Below, in pieces: positions 42,867 to 53,632 of a stretch of DNA of 64,000 nucleotides. Numbering within the stretch: the stretch's first letter is position 1; each line of letters starts with the position of its first letter. Origin of the DNA: Vicinamibacteria bacterium (lineage in GTDB: Bacteria > Acidobacteriota > Vicinamibacteria > Fen-336 > CBDFGD01); the NCBI GenBank assembly GCA_965246965.1, contig CBDFGD010000002.1:1899968-1963967 (forward strand), read 5' to 3'. The position numbers and the translations under genes are program-made. Under the pieces are notes generated by a model that saw only the letters and a program-made list of their open reading frames with translations, did not search any database and had not been told where the DNA came from.

Positions 42867-44249
42867 TCACCCCTCCTTGATGGCGGCGACCAACTCCATC
42901 AGGGCCTTCTTGCCGTCACCGAACAGCATCAGCGTGTTCGATCCGGCAAAGAGGGGGTTCGGAATCCCGGCGAAGCCAGGGCTGAGCGACCGCTTCACGA
43001 CCACCACGGTGCGCGCCTTGTCGACGTCGATGATCGGCATCCCTGCGATCGGGCTGTCGGGGTTCGTCCGGGCGTCCGGGTTCACGACGTCGTTGGCCCC
43101 GATCACCATGGCGATGTCGACCTGCGCCATGGAGGGATTGACCTCTTCCATCTCGATCAGCTTGTCGTACGGAACGTCAGCCTCAGCCAGGAGAACGTTC
43201 ATGTGGCCCGGCATGCGGCCCGCCACGGGATGAATGCCGAACTCCACGGTCGTCCCCGCGGCCTCGAGCAGGTTCATCAAGTCACGCACGACGTGCTGAG
43301 CCTGCGCGACGGCCATCCCGTAGCCCGGCACGATCACGACGCGTTGCGCCCCGTCGAAGAGCATCGCCACCTCGTCTGCAGATGTGGCCTTGATCTTGCC
43401 TTCGTATACCGAGTCCGCGTCGAGCCCACCGCCTTCGGCCATGACGCCGAACAGCACGTTGGTCATCGAGCGGTTCATCGCCTTGCACATGACCTTGGTG
43501 AGGATGAGACCCGACGCGCCAACGAGCGAGCCCGAGATGATGAGGCCGTTGTTGCCCAGCGCGAACCCCGTCGCCGAGGCGGCGAGCCCCGAGTACGAGT
43601 TCAGCAGGCAGATGACGACCGGCATGTCGGCGCCCCCGATCGGCAGGACGACGAGCACACCGAGCATCGCCGCTGCGCCGACGACGCCCCAGTACCACAT
43701 CACCGCTTCCGGGTCCATGACGATCGGGACGGCACAACCGATCGCGATCATCAGCAGGATCGCATTGATGACCTGCTGGCCGCCGAAGCGGAGATCCTTG
43801 ACCCAGCCGATGCCCTGGAGCTTGGCAAAGGCGACGAGGCTGCCGAAGAACGTCACCGAGCCGATCAGGCCGGAAACAACGGTCGAGACGGCGAGCTGAA
43901 GCGGTGAGGTATCGCTCAGAGCGCCCGAATCGAGCAGCGCCGCGCCCGCGACGAACACGGAGGCCCCGCCACCGAAGCCGTTGAGCAGCGCGACGAGCTG
44001 CGGCATCCCGGTCATCTCGACCTTGAGGGCGAGCAGCGCCCCGATCGCCCCGCCGAGCACCAGGCCCGCAAGAATGGCTTCCCAGCTGAGGATCCTGGCG
44101 TAGCGGAGCGTCGTCAGCACGGCGACCAGCATTCCGAGGCTGCCGAGCAGGTTGCCGCGCACGGCGGTGCGCGGGTGTCCGAGCCCCTTGAAAGCAAGGA
44201 TGAAGAGAATGGCCGAGGCGAGGTACGCGAGGTTGGCAATCGGCGGCAT
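42867..44249 (-). CDS. pntB: NAD(P) transhydrogenase subunit beta
   Basis: 460 aa; full-length PntB similarity incl. NADP-binding C-terminal domain. Confidence 0.9.
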   Translation of the reverse strand: MPPIANLAYLASAILFILAFKGLGHPRTAVRGNLLGSLGMLVAVLTTLRYARILSWEAILAGLVLGGAIGALLALKVEMTGMPQLVALLNGFGGGASVFVAGAALLDSGALSDTSPLQLAVSTVVSGLIGSVTFFGSLVAFAKLQGIGWVKDLRFGGQQVINAILLMIAIGCAVPIVMDPEAVMWYWGVVGAAAMLGVLVVLPIGGADMPVVICLLNSYSGLAASATGFALGNNGLIISGSLVGASGLILTKVMCKAMNRSMTNVLFGVMAEGGGLDADSVYEGKIKATSADEVAMLFDGAQRVVIVPGYGMAVAQAQHVVRDLMNLLEAAGTTVEFGIHPVAGRMPGHMNVLLAEADVPYDKLIEMEEVNPSMAQVDIAMVIGANDVVNPDARTNPDSPIAGMPIIDVDKARTVVVVKRSLSPGFAGIPNPLFAGSNTLMLFGDGKKALMELVAAIKEG

Positions 44250-44258
44250 GCGGGTCGG

Positions 44259-44537
44259 CTACTCCTTGCGCTTGAACATCTGCAGCATCCGGTTCGTGAC
44301 CAGGAAGCCACCGACCACGTTGATCGTCGCGAAAACGATGGCGATGAACCCGAGGATGGTCATGGCACGGCTCTCGGTTCCGGCGGCCACGAGGGCGCCG
44401 ACGATGGTGATTCCCGAAATGGCGTTCGAGCCCGAGGTGAGCGGCGTGTGCAGCGTCGGCGGCACCTTCTGGATGACTTCGAAGCCCACGAAGATCGCCA
44501 GAACGAAAACCGTCAGCGCGGCGACGAGTCCTTCCAT
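44259..44537 (-). CDS. pntAB: NAD(P) transhydrogenase subunit alpha part 2
   Basis: 92 aa, 3 TM, canonical. Confidence 0.85.
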   Translation of the reverse strand: MEGLVAALTVFVLAIFVGFEVIQKVPPTLHTPLTSGSNAISGITIVGALVAAGTESRAMTILGFIAIVFATINVVGGFLVTNRMLQMFKRKE

Positions 44538-44564
44538 GGCCCCTCCCTTTCTTCCCGGTTTGCG

Positions 44565-45716
44565 CTATTCGCCCGCGGGCGCCTCGACGCCGAGAGCTTT
44601 CCGGACGGGTTCGTTGACGACTCGACCCGATCGAACCACCAGCGCGCCCGCGACGATCTCGTCCTCGAGGTCTATCGACAGCTCGCCGTCCTTCACGATC
44701 AGCCTGAGGAAGTTCTCCAGGTTCTTCGAAAACATCTGGCTCGCGTGGCCGGCCACGGCCGAGGCCGGGTTGACGAGGCCGATGACGCGCGCCCCGCCGC
44801 AAAGGACGGTCTCGCCGGGCTTCGTCGCCTCGCAGTTGCCCCCCTGCTCGGCGGCGACGTCGACGAGCACCGAGCCGGGTCGCATCTTCTCGACCATCTC
44901 GGTCGTCACGAGGATCGGTGCTTTCTTGCCCGGCACGGCTGCCGTCGTGATCACGACGTCGTTCTCGGCGACCGCCTCCGCCATCAGCTCGCGCTGCCGT
45001 CGGTAGAAGCTCTCATCCTGGGCCTGCGCGTACCCACCCTTGTCCTGAGCCGATTCCGTCTCGATCGGCAGCTCGACGAAACGGGCGCCGAGGCTCTCGA
45101 CCTGCTCCTTCACGGCCGGGCGGACGTCGTAGGCTGAGACGACCGCGCCGAGGCGACGGGCCGTGGCGATCGCCTGAAGGCCGGCGACCCCGACTCCGAT
45201 GATGAAGACCTTCGAAGGGGCCAGTGTGCCTCCCGCCGTCATCAGCATCGGGAACAGGCGAGGCACGCTGGTCGCCGCGACGAGCACGGCGTGGTAGCCG
45301 ACCACGGTCGCCGTCGACGAGAGGACGTCCATGGCCTGGGCCCGCGTGATGCGGGGAACCAGCTCCAGCGCGAACCCGGTGGCGCGGCGCTCGGCCAGGA
45401 CGCCGATGCCCTGCGGCGCCGCCAGCGCATCCATGAGGCCGACGACGACCTGTTCGGCCGCTACGTCCTGGAGATCGGCCGCCGGCTTTCCCCCGGGCGC
45501 GGCGAGGCTACGGACGTTCAGAACGAGCTGGGAGCGTTCGAAGACGTTGGCGCGCGAGCCGGCGATTTTCGCGCCCTTGGCCCGGTACTCTTCGTCCAGG
45601 AAGCCGGCGGCAGCTCCCGCTCCCGACTCGACGAGCACTTCGAGGCCAAGCTTCGTCAGCGCCGGAACCGTGGCGGGGATGATCGCAACCCGCCGCTCGC
45701 CGGCGTAGCTCTCCCC
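44565..45716 (-). CDS. pntAA: NAD(P) transhydrogenase subunit alpha part 1; start codon unresolved (no in-frame ATG/GTG before conserved IIGESYAGERRVAIIP)
   Basis: ORF 44565..45638 extends in-frame upstream as …HIIAGIIGESYAGERRVAIIPATVPALTKLGLEVLVESGAGAAAGF matching PntAA N-terminus. Confidence 0.8.
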   Translation of the reverse strand, partial: GESYAGERRVAIIPATVPALTKLGLEVLVESGAGAAAGFLDEEYRAKGAKIAGSRANVFERSQLVLNVRSLAAPGGKPAADLQDVAAEQVVVGLMDALAAPQGIGVLAERRATGFALELVPRITRAQAMDVLSSTATVVGYHAVLVAATSVPRLFPMLMTAGGTLAPSKVFIIGVGVAGLQAIATARRLGAVVSAYDVRPAVKEQVESLGARFVELPIETESAQDKGGYAQAQDESFYRRQRELMAEAVAENDVVITTAAVPGKKAPILVTTEMVEKMRPGSVLVDVAAEQGGNCEATKPGETVLCGGARVIGLVNPASAVAGHASQMFSKNLENFLRLIVKDGELSIDLEDEIVAGALVVRSGRVVNEPVRKALGVEAPAGE

Positions 45717-46187
45717 GATGATTCCCGCGATTATGTGTCTCTCCCGAACCCCGCATGGTCATTCCGATCGAGCCAGGGTCCAGCGACGGAGCGAAGCCTC
45801 TCAAAGCGCATTGAGATCCTTCGCTCGCGGCTCTTGATGAACTTCCTCGGGATGACGGTGTCTTCCTTGGCGCGTGCGGTAGGTCAGCCTTGCTCCAGTG
45901 AACCGGCCGGCGGCGTATTTACTCAGAAAACCTCGCTCGTGTCACTTCCGGTCGTTCGCCGTGGGTCGGCGCGGCCCCCTTGAATCGCCCGAGGAGCCGA
46001 TCGGAGGACGACCGGTGAGACCAGCAACATCCGTGCCCGCGGCAATCCTCGTGGCGTCGTTCCTCACTGTGAGCGCTTCTGGGCACGCTGACGCCCTCGC
46101 CGAACATCCGCCTGTTTCGGATTCGACCTGCAGACCTTGCGGCACGAGATCCCTATCGAGATCCTTATCCAAGACGCCCGAGCGGTT

Positions 46188-47603
<1,416 letters not shown>

Positions 47604-47626
47604 CGAATAGCTCTCTTCCTTGACTC

Positions 47627-49276
47627 CTACGTCCTCGTCCAGCTGAAGCGAGGCCGCTCGGGCTTGCCGTAGACCGTCAGGGCGCCCGCCTCGCCGACGG
47701 AGTTCGGTCGTTGAAAGATCCAGTTCTGCCAGGCCGACAAGCGGCCGAAGATCTTGGTCTCCATGGTTTCCGGCCCGGCGAAGCGGAGGTTTGCCTCCAT
47801 ACCCGTCAGGGCGTCGGGCGAGATGCTGGCGCGCTCCTCGATGGCGAGACGGACCTCGTCTTCCCAGTCGATGTCGTCCGGTGCGTACGTCACCAGGGCG
47901 GCGTCGAGCGCCGCTTGCGAGTCGAAGCGCTCGCCCGGCTGGAGGTCGGCAGCCTGCGGATCGCCAAGGAAGCGCGTCTCGAGGCGCGAGAGCCCGTTGG
48001 CCATCGGCAGCACACCGGGCCGATTGAGCTCGGAGATCGCGATCTCCGGGCCATCGTCGACGTCGAGCATGTAGGAGCGATCGGCCCCGAGCGCCAGCTC
48101 GAAGAGCGAGCCCGCGAAGCAGGAGCCCTGGTCGACGGTGGCGATGAAGCTGCGCGCCGTCACGTCCATCCGTTTCAAGACGCGCTTCATGAAGTGGACG
48201 ATCTCGCTCGCATACCAATCGTCGTTCGCGAGCTTCGACAGCGCAGCATCCCAGGCGAGCACGCGGCCGACGTCGCCTTCGGTACGGACGACGATGATGC
48301 CGATCTCGGGGCGATTGAAACGCAGCTCGAGCAGCACGTCGTCCAGCTCTCGAAAGGCCCGCAGCGCCCAGGCTTCCGAACCGCGCTCGCGAAGCTCGGT
48401 GGCAGTGGTCGGCGGATCGACATCGGGACCGCGCAGCGTCAGCGTCCCGACCCGCTCGGAGTTGTCCAGCTGGAGCGTGACGTGACGGTGCTCGACACCC
48501 GTATCTGTGTAGCTCCCGTCGAGAGCTGCCAGCTCGACGCCGGGGCCCGAGCGCTCGCCGGCCTGCCCGGCAAGGACGCGGGCGCGTTCGGGCACCCGCT
48601 CGGCGAATCGCGAGAGCGGAACGGTTTCGTCGACGAGCTTCCAGCGCACCGCACGCTTCCCCTTGACGCCTTCGCCGAGGCTCGAGAACACGTCCGCCAG
48701 ATCGCGCCGAACTCTGCGCTTGTCGACGACACGAGTCAGCCCGCCGGTGCCGGGCAGCACACCGAGCAGCGAGACCTCGGGAAGGCTGACCGCCGCCGAC
48801 GCGTCATCGACCAGCAGGATCTCGTCGCAGGCGAGGGCGAGCTCGTAGCCGCCGCCGGCGCACGGTCCGTTGACCGCCGCGAGGGACTTGAGTCCGGAGT
48901 GCTCGGACGCGTCCTCGAGAGAGAGGCGCGTCTCGTTGGTGAACTTGCAGAAGTTGACCTTGAACGCGTGGGTGGATGATCCGAGCATGTAGATGTTGGC
49001 ACCGGAGCAGAAGATGCGATCCCTGGCGCTCGTCACGACGACCGCGCGTACCTCGGGATGCTCGAAGCGCAGCCTCTGAATCGCGTCGGCCAGCTCGATG
49101 TCCACGCCGAGGTCGTAGCTGTTGGTCTTGAGGGTGTACCCCTCGCGCAGCGGCCGCTCTTCCTGGACGTCCATCGCGAGGGTCGCGATCGGAGCGTCGA
49201 TCTCGAGCTTCCAGTGGACGTAGCGGGAGGGATGTGTCTCCTGACGAACGGGGTCGGCTTGCGTTTCACCAGCCAT
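47627..49276 (-). CDS. boxC: 2,3-epoxybenzoyl-CoA dihydrolase (benzoyl-CoA-dihydrodiol lyase)
   Basis: 549 aa crotonase-fold; matches BoxC (YDLGVDIELADAIQRLRFEHPEVRAVVVTS, CSGANIYMLG, AAVNGPCAGGGYELALACDEI, LPEVSLLGVLPGTGGLTRV). Confidence 0.9.
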   Translation of the reverse strand: MAGETQADPVRQETHPSRYVHWKLEIDAPIATLAMDVQEERPLREGYTLKTNSYDLGVDIELADAIQRLRFEHPEVRAVVVTSARDRIFCSGANIYMLGSSTHAFKVNFCKFTNETRLSLEDASEHSGLKSLAAVNGPCAGGGYELALACDEILLVDDASAAVSLPEVSLLGVLPGTGGLTRVVDKRRVRRDLADVFSSLGEGVKGKRAVRWKLVDETVPLSRFAERVPERARVLAGQAGERSGPGVELAALDGSYTDTGVEHRHVTLQLDNSERVGTLTLRGPDVDPPTTATELRERGSEAWALRAFRELDDVLLELRFNRPEIGIIVVRTEGDVGRVLAWDAALSKLANDDWYASEIVHFMKRVLKRMDVTARSFIATVDQGSCFAGSLFELALGADRSYMLDVDDGPEIAISELNRPGVLPMANGLSRLETRFLGDPQAADLQPGERFDSQAALDAALVTYAPDDIDWEDEVRLAIEERASISPDALTGMEANLRFAGPETMETKIFGRLSAWQNWIFQRPNSVGEAGALTVYGKPERPRFSWTRT

Positions 49277-49365
49277 GGAACGCGCAGCTTACGATTCCGA
49301 CGCAATCGAGTCAAGAAATATAGTACCTAAATAGCCTTCTTGATGGTGTAAGATAGTTCCACATC
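49277..49365. promoter_or_regulatory. AT-rich divergent promoter/operator region between boxC and boxR
   Basis: Local AT-rich island in 68% GC genome; inverted repeat caagaa-N19-ttcttg. Confidence 0.4.
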
Positions 49366-50130
49366 ATGGATTCGGGCATCTTGTTGACGACGATGGGCGC
49401 GCGGATCCGGGCTCTTCGTGCCGAGCGCAGCTGGACGCTCAAGGAGCTGGCTGGCCGCGCCGGCCTGTCGCCCCGCTTCCTCGTGCAGGTCGAATCAGGC
49501 CGCGGCAACATCTCGGTCCGCAACCTGTGCGCCATCGCAGACGTGCTCGGAACGGATGTCGCCCGGCTGCTCCGCGAACGCGAGGAGCCCACTCCCGCGG
49601 TCGCGCTGCTCGGCCTGAGAGGCGCGGGCAAGACGACCGTCGGTCGCCGGCTCGCGAGCGCCCTCGCGGTGCGATTCGTCGAGCTGGACGAGCTGGTGGA
49701 AAAAGCGGCGGATCTATCGCTGGCCGAGCTCTTCGCCCTTCACGGCGAGCCCTACTACCGACGTCTCGAGCGCGAGTGCCTGGAGCGTCTCCTGGAGGAA
49801 CGCCAGCCCCTCGTTCTTGCCACGGGAGGCGGCATCGTCACCTCGGAAGAGACCTTTTCGCTGCTGCGGCGGCTGGCGGTAACCATCTGGCTGCGCGCTC
49901 GTCCCGAGGACCATTGGAATCGCGTCCTGCTCCAGGGCGACAAGCGTCCCACGGCTGACCACCCGCAGGCGATGAAGGAGCTCCGGCGACTTCTCCGGGA
50001 GCGCGCCCATCTCTACGCAAAAGCCTCGTATAATGTAAACACTTCAGGCCGGGCCATAGACAGCATCGTCGAGAAGGCAGTGGCGGCAGTACGCCCCGGC
50101 GCCCGGACCCGGAACCCAAAATCCCGCTGA
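49366..50130 (+). CDS. boxR: BoxR/BzdR-type regulator: XRE HTH + shikimate-kinase-like domain
   Basis: N-terminal HTH (LRAERSWTLKELAGRAGLSPRFLVQVESGRGN), then P-loop LLGLRGAGKTTVGRRLA; divergent from boxCB. Confidence 0.85.
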   Translation: MDSGILLTTMGARIRALRAERSWTLKELAGRAGLSPRFLVQVESGRGNISVRNLCAIADVLGTDVARLLREREEPTPAVALLGLRGAGKTTVGRRLASALAVRFVELDELVEKAADLSLAELFALHGEPYYRRLERECLERLLEERQPLVLATGGGIVTSEETFSLLRRLAVTIWLRARPEDHWNRVLLQGDKRPTADHPQAMKELRRLLRERAHLYAKASYNVNTSGRAIDSIVEKAVAAVRPGARTRNPKSR

Positions 50131-50140
50131 AGAGGAATTC

Positions 50141-50851
50141 ATGCAAGTTGCCGAAGTACTGAGCCGTCTGCGAGCGCTGTCCGACCCCAAGACCCAAGCA
50201 TCCATCATGCGCTCGGCCCACCCACCGCGCACGGCGCTCGGTGTAGGTAATGCGAAGTTGCGCACCCTCGCCGACGAGATCGGGGTCGACCGCCTCATTG
50301 CTCAGCAGCTCTGGGCATCGGGAATCCACGAAGCGCGGCTGCTGGCCAGCCTGATCGACGACCCCAAGCGCGTGACCTCAAAGCAGATGGAACGCTGGGT
50401 TCGCGACTTCGACACGCCGGACCTGTGCGACGCCTGCTGCCTCAACCTGTTCGTTCTCACGCCGTTTGCGTTCGGCAAGGTCGCCACCTGGAGCACGCGG
50501 CGGGAGGAGCTCGTCAAGCGCGCTAGCTTCGTATTGCTGGGCTGCCTCGCCGAGGCGAACAAGGTTCGCGACTCGGAGTTCAACCGCTTCTTCGCCGTGA
50601 TCGAAAGGGAAGCGATCGAGGAGCGGCCCCTCGTCAGGCGCGCGATCGCTCAGTCGCTCAGCCTCGTAGCGCGGCGCAGCCCGGCCCTTTACAAAAACGC
50701 CATCGGCGCGACCGACAACATCGCTCGTCAGGATTCCAAGAACGCCCAGTGGATCGCCAACGAGGCGCGCAAGGCGATCGCCAACGCGCCGGCGCCGAAG
50801 CCGGCCATCAAGAAGACTGCCAAGAAGAAGGCCGCCACGCTCAAGAAGTAG
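50141..50851 (+). CDS. DNA alkylation repair enzyme (AlkD-like HEAT-repeat protein)
   Basis: 236 aa; COG4912-like pattern, Lys-rich C-tail. Confidence 0.65.
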   Translation: MQVAEVLSRLRALSDPKTQASIMRSAHPPRTALGVGNAKLRTLADEIGVDRLIAQQLWASGIHEARLLASLIDDPKRVTSKQMERWVRDFDTPDLCDACCLNLFVLTPFAFGKVATWSTRREELVKRASFVLLGCLAEANKVRDSEFNRFFAVIEREAIEERPLVRRAIAQSLSLVARRSPALYKNAIGATDNIARQDSKNAQWIANEARKAIANAPAPKPAIKKTAKKKAATLKK

Positions 50852-51914
50852 AAAGCACTCGGATCGAGTGGCTCTTGACCGCGAGCCACACATCACACCC
50901 CTCGGACAGCTCCAGCGCGAGCGAGGCCGACGGCGTGATCCGGACGAGCCACTCCGCCCGCCCTTCACGCAAGTGGCAGCACAGCGTGATCTCCGGACCC
51001 GTGCGTACCAGACGAGCGACCGAGGCGGGATAGACGTTTCGTGCCGACAAGCCGCTCACTTCGGCCCGAGACACCAGCACATCCTCGGCGCTGATCGCGA
51101 GCGTCACGTCGCTGCCCACTGAGTGACGCGAAGCCATGGCCACGGAAACCCGCGGACCGTCCGCCAGGTCGACCCGGGTGATGCCGCCCTCCTCGTCGTG
51201 TGAAGCGACGGTTCCGCGAAGCAGGTTCTCGAGCCCCTCCTCGGCCTCGCTCAGCTCCGGCGCCGCCAGCAGCTCGAGCGGCGAACCCAGCGCTTCGACT
51301 GCGCCGTCGCGCAACAGCAACACCTCTTCGGCCAGGAGCAGCGCTTCGCCGGGATTGTGAGTCACGTAGATCATCGGGAGCTTCTTCAGTTCGCGGATCT
51401 GGAGCAGGTACGGCAACACCCGTTCTCGCAGTCCGATGTCCAAAGCGGCGAGAGGCTCGTCCAGAAGCAGCAGTTGCGGCTCGGTCGCAAGGGCCCGCGC
51501 CAGCGCCACGCGCTGACGCTCGCCGCCCGAGAGAGTGCCCGGAGACCGATCCAGCAAGGCGCCGATCTCGAGCAGGTCGATCGCCTCGTCGATCAGCTCC
51601 GACCGGCCGCGCGCGCCGAATCTGACGTTCTCGATCGCGGTCAAGTGAGGGAACAGCCCCGCGTCCTGTGGCACGTACCCGACACGGCGCTTTTCGGGGA
51701 ACATGCGCTGACGCTTCGAATCGTCCTGGAACACGTGGCCCCCCACCTCGACGCGGCCGCGAGCGGCTCTACGCAGTCCAGCGATGGCTTCGAGGAGCGA
51801 CGTCTTTCCCGACCCCGACGCTCCCATCACGACCGTCACCGTATCGGGGAGCCTGGCGCGAACACGGAGCTCGAACGGCGCGAGCCGCAGCGAGAGATCG
51901 AGATCGATCAAGAC
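50841..51914 (-). CDS. modC: Molybdate ABC transporter ATP-binding protein
   Basis: GASGSGKTS Walker A, LSGGERQRVALARAL, C-terminal MOP/TOBE; start approximated at GTG ~51914 overlapping modB. Confidence 0.8.
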   Translation of the reverse strand, partial: VLIDLDLSLRLAPFELRVRARLPDTVTVVMGASGSGKTSLLEAIAGLRRAARGRVEVGGHVFQDDSKRQRMFPEKRRVGYVPQDAGLFPHLTAIENVRFGARGRSELIDEAIDLLEIGALLDRSPGTLSGGERQRVALARALATEPQLLLLDEPLAALDIGLRERVLPYLLQIRELKKLPMIYVTHNPGEALLLAEEVLLLRDGAVEALGSPLELLAAPELSEAEEGLENLLRGTVASHDEEGGITRVDLADGPRVSVAMASRHSVGSDVTLAISAEDVLVSRAEVSGLSARNVYPASVARLVRTGPEITLCCHLREGRAEWLVRITPSASLALELSEGCDVWLAVKSHSIRVLSTS

Positions 51915-52585
51915 AGCCGCCGGTCGCGATGGCGCACCAGCGCCTCGGTTCCCCACAGGGCGAGGAACGCAAACGCGACCGTGATGGCCGCGAGCAGTGC
52001 CGCTCGCTCATCGTGCCCGGTCTGGCTCTCATGGAAGATCGCGAGCGAAAGCGTCCGGGTGCGGCCGGGGATGTTACCCGCGATCATCACCGTCGCACCG
52101 AACTCGCCGAGGGCGCGGCTGAATGCGAGGACGGTACCGGCGAGGACACCGCGCCACGCGAGCGGAAGCGTGACGCGAAAGAAGGCGGAGGCGCGGCTGC
52201 AGCCCAGCGTCCGGGCGAGTCCAACGAGACGCGGATCGACCTCCTCGAACGCCGTCCGGGCCGACCGGACCAGCAGCGGGAACGACATCACCGCCGCGGC
52301 GAGGACGGCGGCGCGCCAGGTGAAGACGATATCCAGGCCGAGGAGGCCGAGCCCTCTCCCGAGCGGGCTGTTTCGCGAGAGCAGCTCGAGCAGTGCGAAA
52401 CCCAGCGCGGTCGGCGGCAGCACGAGCGGCAACGAAAGCAGGGTTTCCAGCGCCCCTTTGCCGGGCCCTCGGTAGCGAGCCAGCAAGAGCCCGGCGCCGA
52501 GGCCGAAGGGAAAGATGACCAGCGTGGCCAGGAACGCCGTACGCAAGGTGAACCAGATGACTCGGACGTCCTCGGCTTCGAGCAC
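51908..52585 (-). CDS. modB: Molybdate ABC transporter permease
   Basis: 225 aa; EAA-loop permease, operon position. Confidence 0.85.
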   Translation of the reverse strand: MLEAEDVRVIWFTLRTAFLATLVIFPFGLGAGLLLARYRGPGKGALETLLSLPLVLPPTALGFALLELLSRNSPLGRGLGLLGLDIVFTWRAAVLAAAVMSFPLLVRSARTAFEEVDPRLVGLARTLGCSRASAFFRVTLPLAWRGVLAGTVLAFSRALGEFGATVMIAGNIPGRTRTLSLAIFHESQTGHDERAALLAAITVAFAFLALWGTEALVRHRDRRLS

Positions 52586-53340
52586 TATTTGTGCTCGAGC
52601 CGCAGGAAGCCGTGCCGCTCGTACACGGCCAGGGCGATCTCCGTCGCGAGGAAACGGGCCAGCTCCGTCGCCCTGGGCGAGGCACCTTCGATCGGTGCGA
52701 CGGAATAGCGGATCGGCGGGAGACCGGCCTGCTTGAGCGCGAACGCCACTCGAACGCGATCGTCGTGGGCCACGTCCGTGCTGTAGACGATGGCGGCCGG
52801 CGCGTGTCCGCCGGCCACCGCCGAAAGCGCCGCGCGGACGTCGCGCAAGGGCACGATTGTGGGGAGCAGGCTCGCCCAGATCCCCACCGATTGGAGATAG
52901 CGGCGGGCGTATTGCCCGGCCGGAACGGTGTCCGGATCACCGAGCGCCAACCGCCCGAGACCAGGGAGATCTGCGGCGCTCCGTGGCGGGTCGCCGGCTT
53001 CACGCGGGACGACCACCACAAGGCGGTTGCCAATCGGGTCGCGGCGCCCCGCGGCGTTCACGAGACCGGAGGCGATCAGCTCGTCCATCAGGCCCGGGTC
53101 GGCCGAGAAGAAGACGTCGGCGGGCGCCCCGGCGCGAATCTGGCGCGCCAGGCTTCCCGAGGCGGCGAAGTGGAACGAGACGTGGTGGTCGGGTTCCGCC
53201 TCGTATCGCCGACCCAACTCTTCCAGCGCGTCCGTGAGGCTGGCCGCCGCGAACACGAGCACGTCTTCGGCGCGGGCCGATAGCGCCGCGATCGTCGCGA
53301 GGGCGACCAGGGTCGGGGTCAGGTAGCTGGGTCGGGGCAC
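52585..53340 (-). CDS. modA: Molybdate-binding periplasmic protein
   Basis: 251 aa; signal peptide, SBP fold; operon context. Confidence 0.8.
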   Translation of the reverse strand: MPRPSYLTPTLVALATIAALSARAEDVLVFAAASLTDALEELGRRYEAEPDHHVSFHFAASGSLARQIRAGAPADVFFSADPGLMDELIASGLVNAAGRRDPIGNRLVVVVPREAGDPPRSAADLPGLGRLALGDPDTVPAGQYARRYLQSVGIWASLLPTIVPLRDVRAALSAVAGGHAPAAIVYSTDVAHDDRVRVAFALKQAGLPPIRYSVAPIEGASPRATELARFLATEIALAVYERHGFLRLEHK

Positions 53341-53424
53341 GATAGGTGCGCCGATAATAGCCGAGCGCCGGGACCCCGAAACCTGAACCCGGCGGCCATC
53401 CCGGTCGTTTCTACGAGCGAGAGC

Positions 53425-53631
53425 ATGCCGCGAAAGAAGATGTACCGGTCTCGTGACGAGCGGATCATCGGAGGCGTGTGCGGCGGCCTGGCGCTGCGCC
53501 TGAAATGGAGCCCGGCTGCGGTCCGAGCCATCTTCGTCGTGGGCACGCTCTTCCCACTGATACCAGGCCCGCTCGTCTACCTGCTGCTCTGGATCCTGAT
53601 CCCGCTGGAGTCGGGGCGCCGTGCCCCCTAG
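53425..53631 (+). CDS. PspC-domain small membrane protein
   Basis: YRSRDERIIGGVCGGLA motif + TM. Confidence 0.7.
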   Translation: MPRKKMYRSRDERIIGGVCGGLALRLKWSPAAVRAIFVVGTLFPLIPGPLVYLLLWILIPLESGRRAP

Positions 53632-53632
53632 C

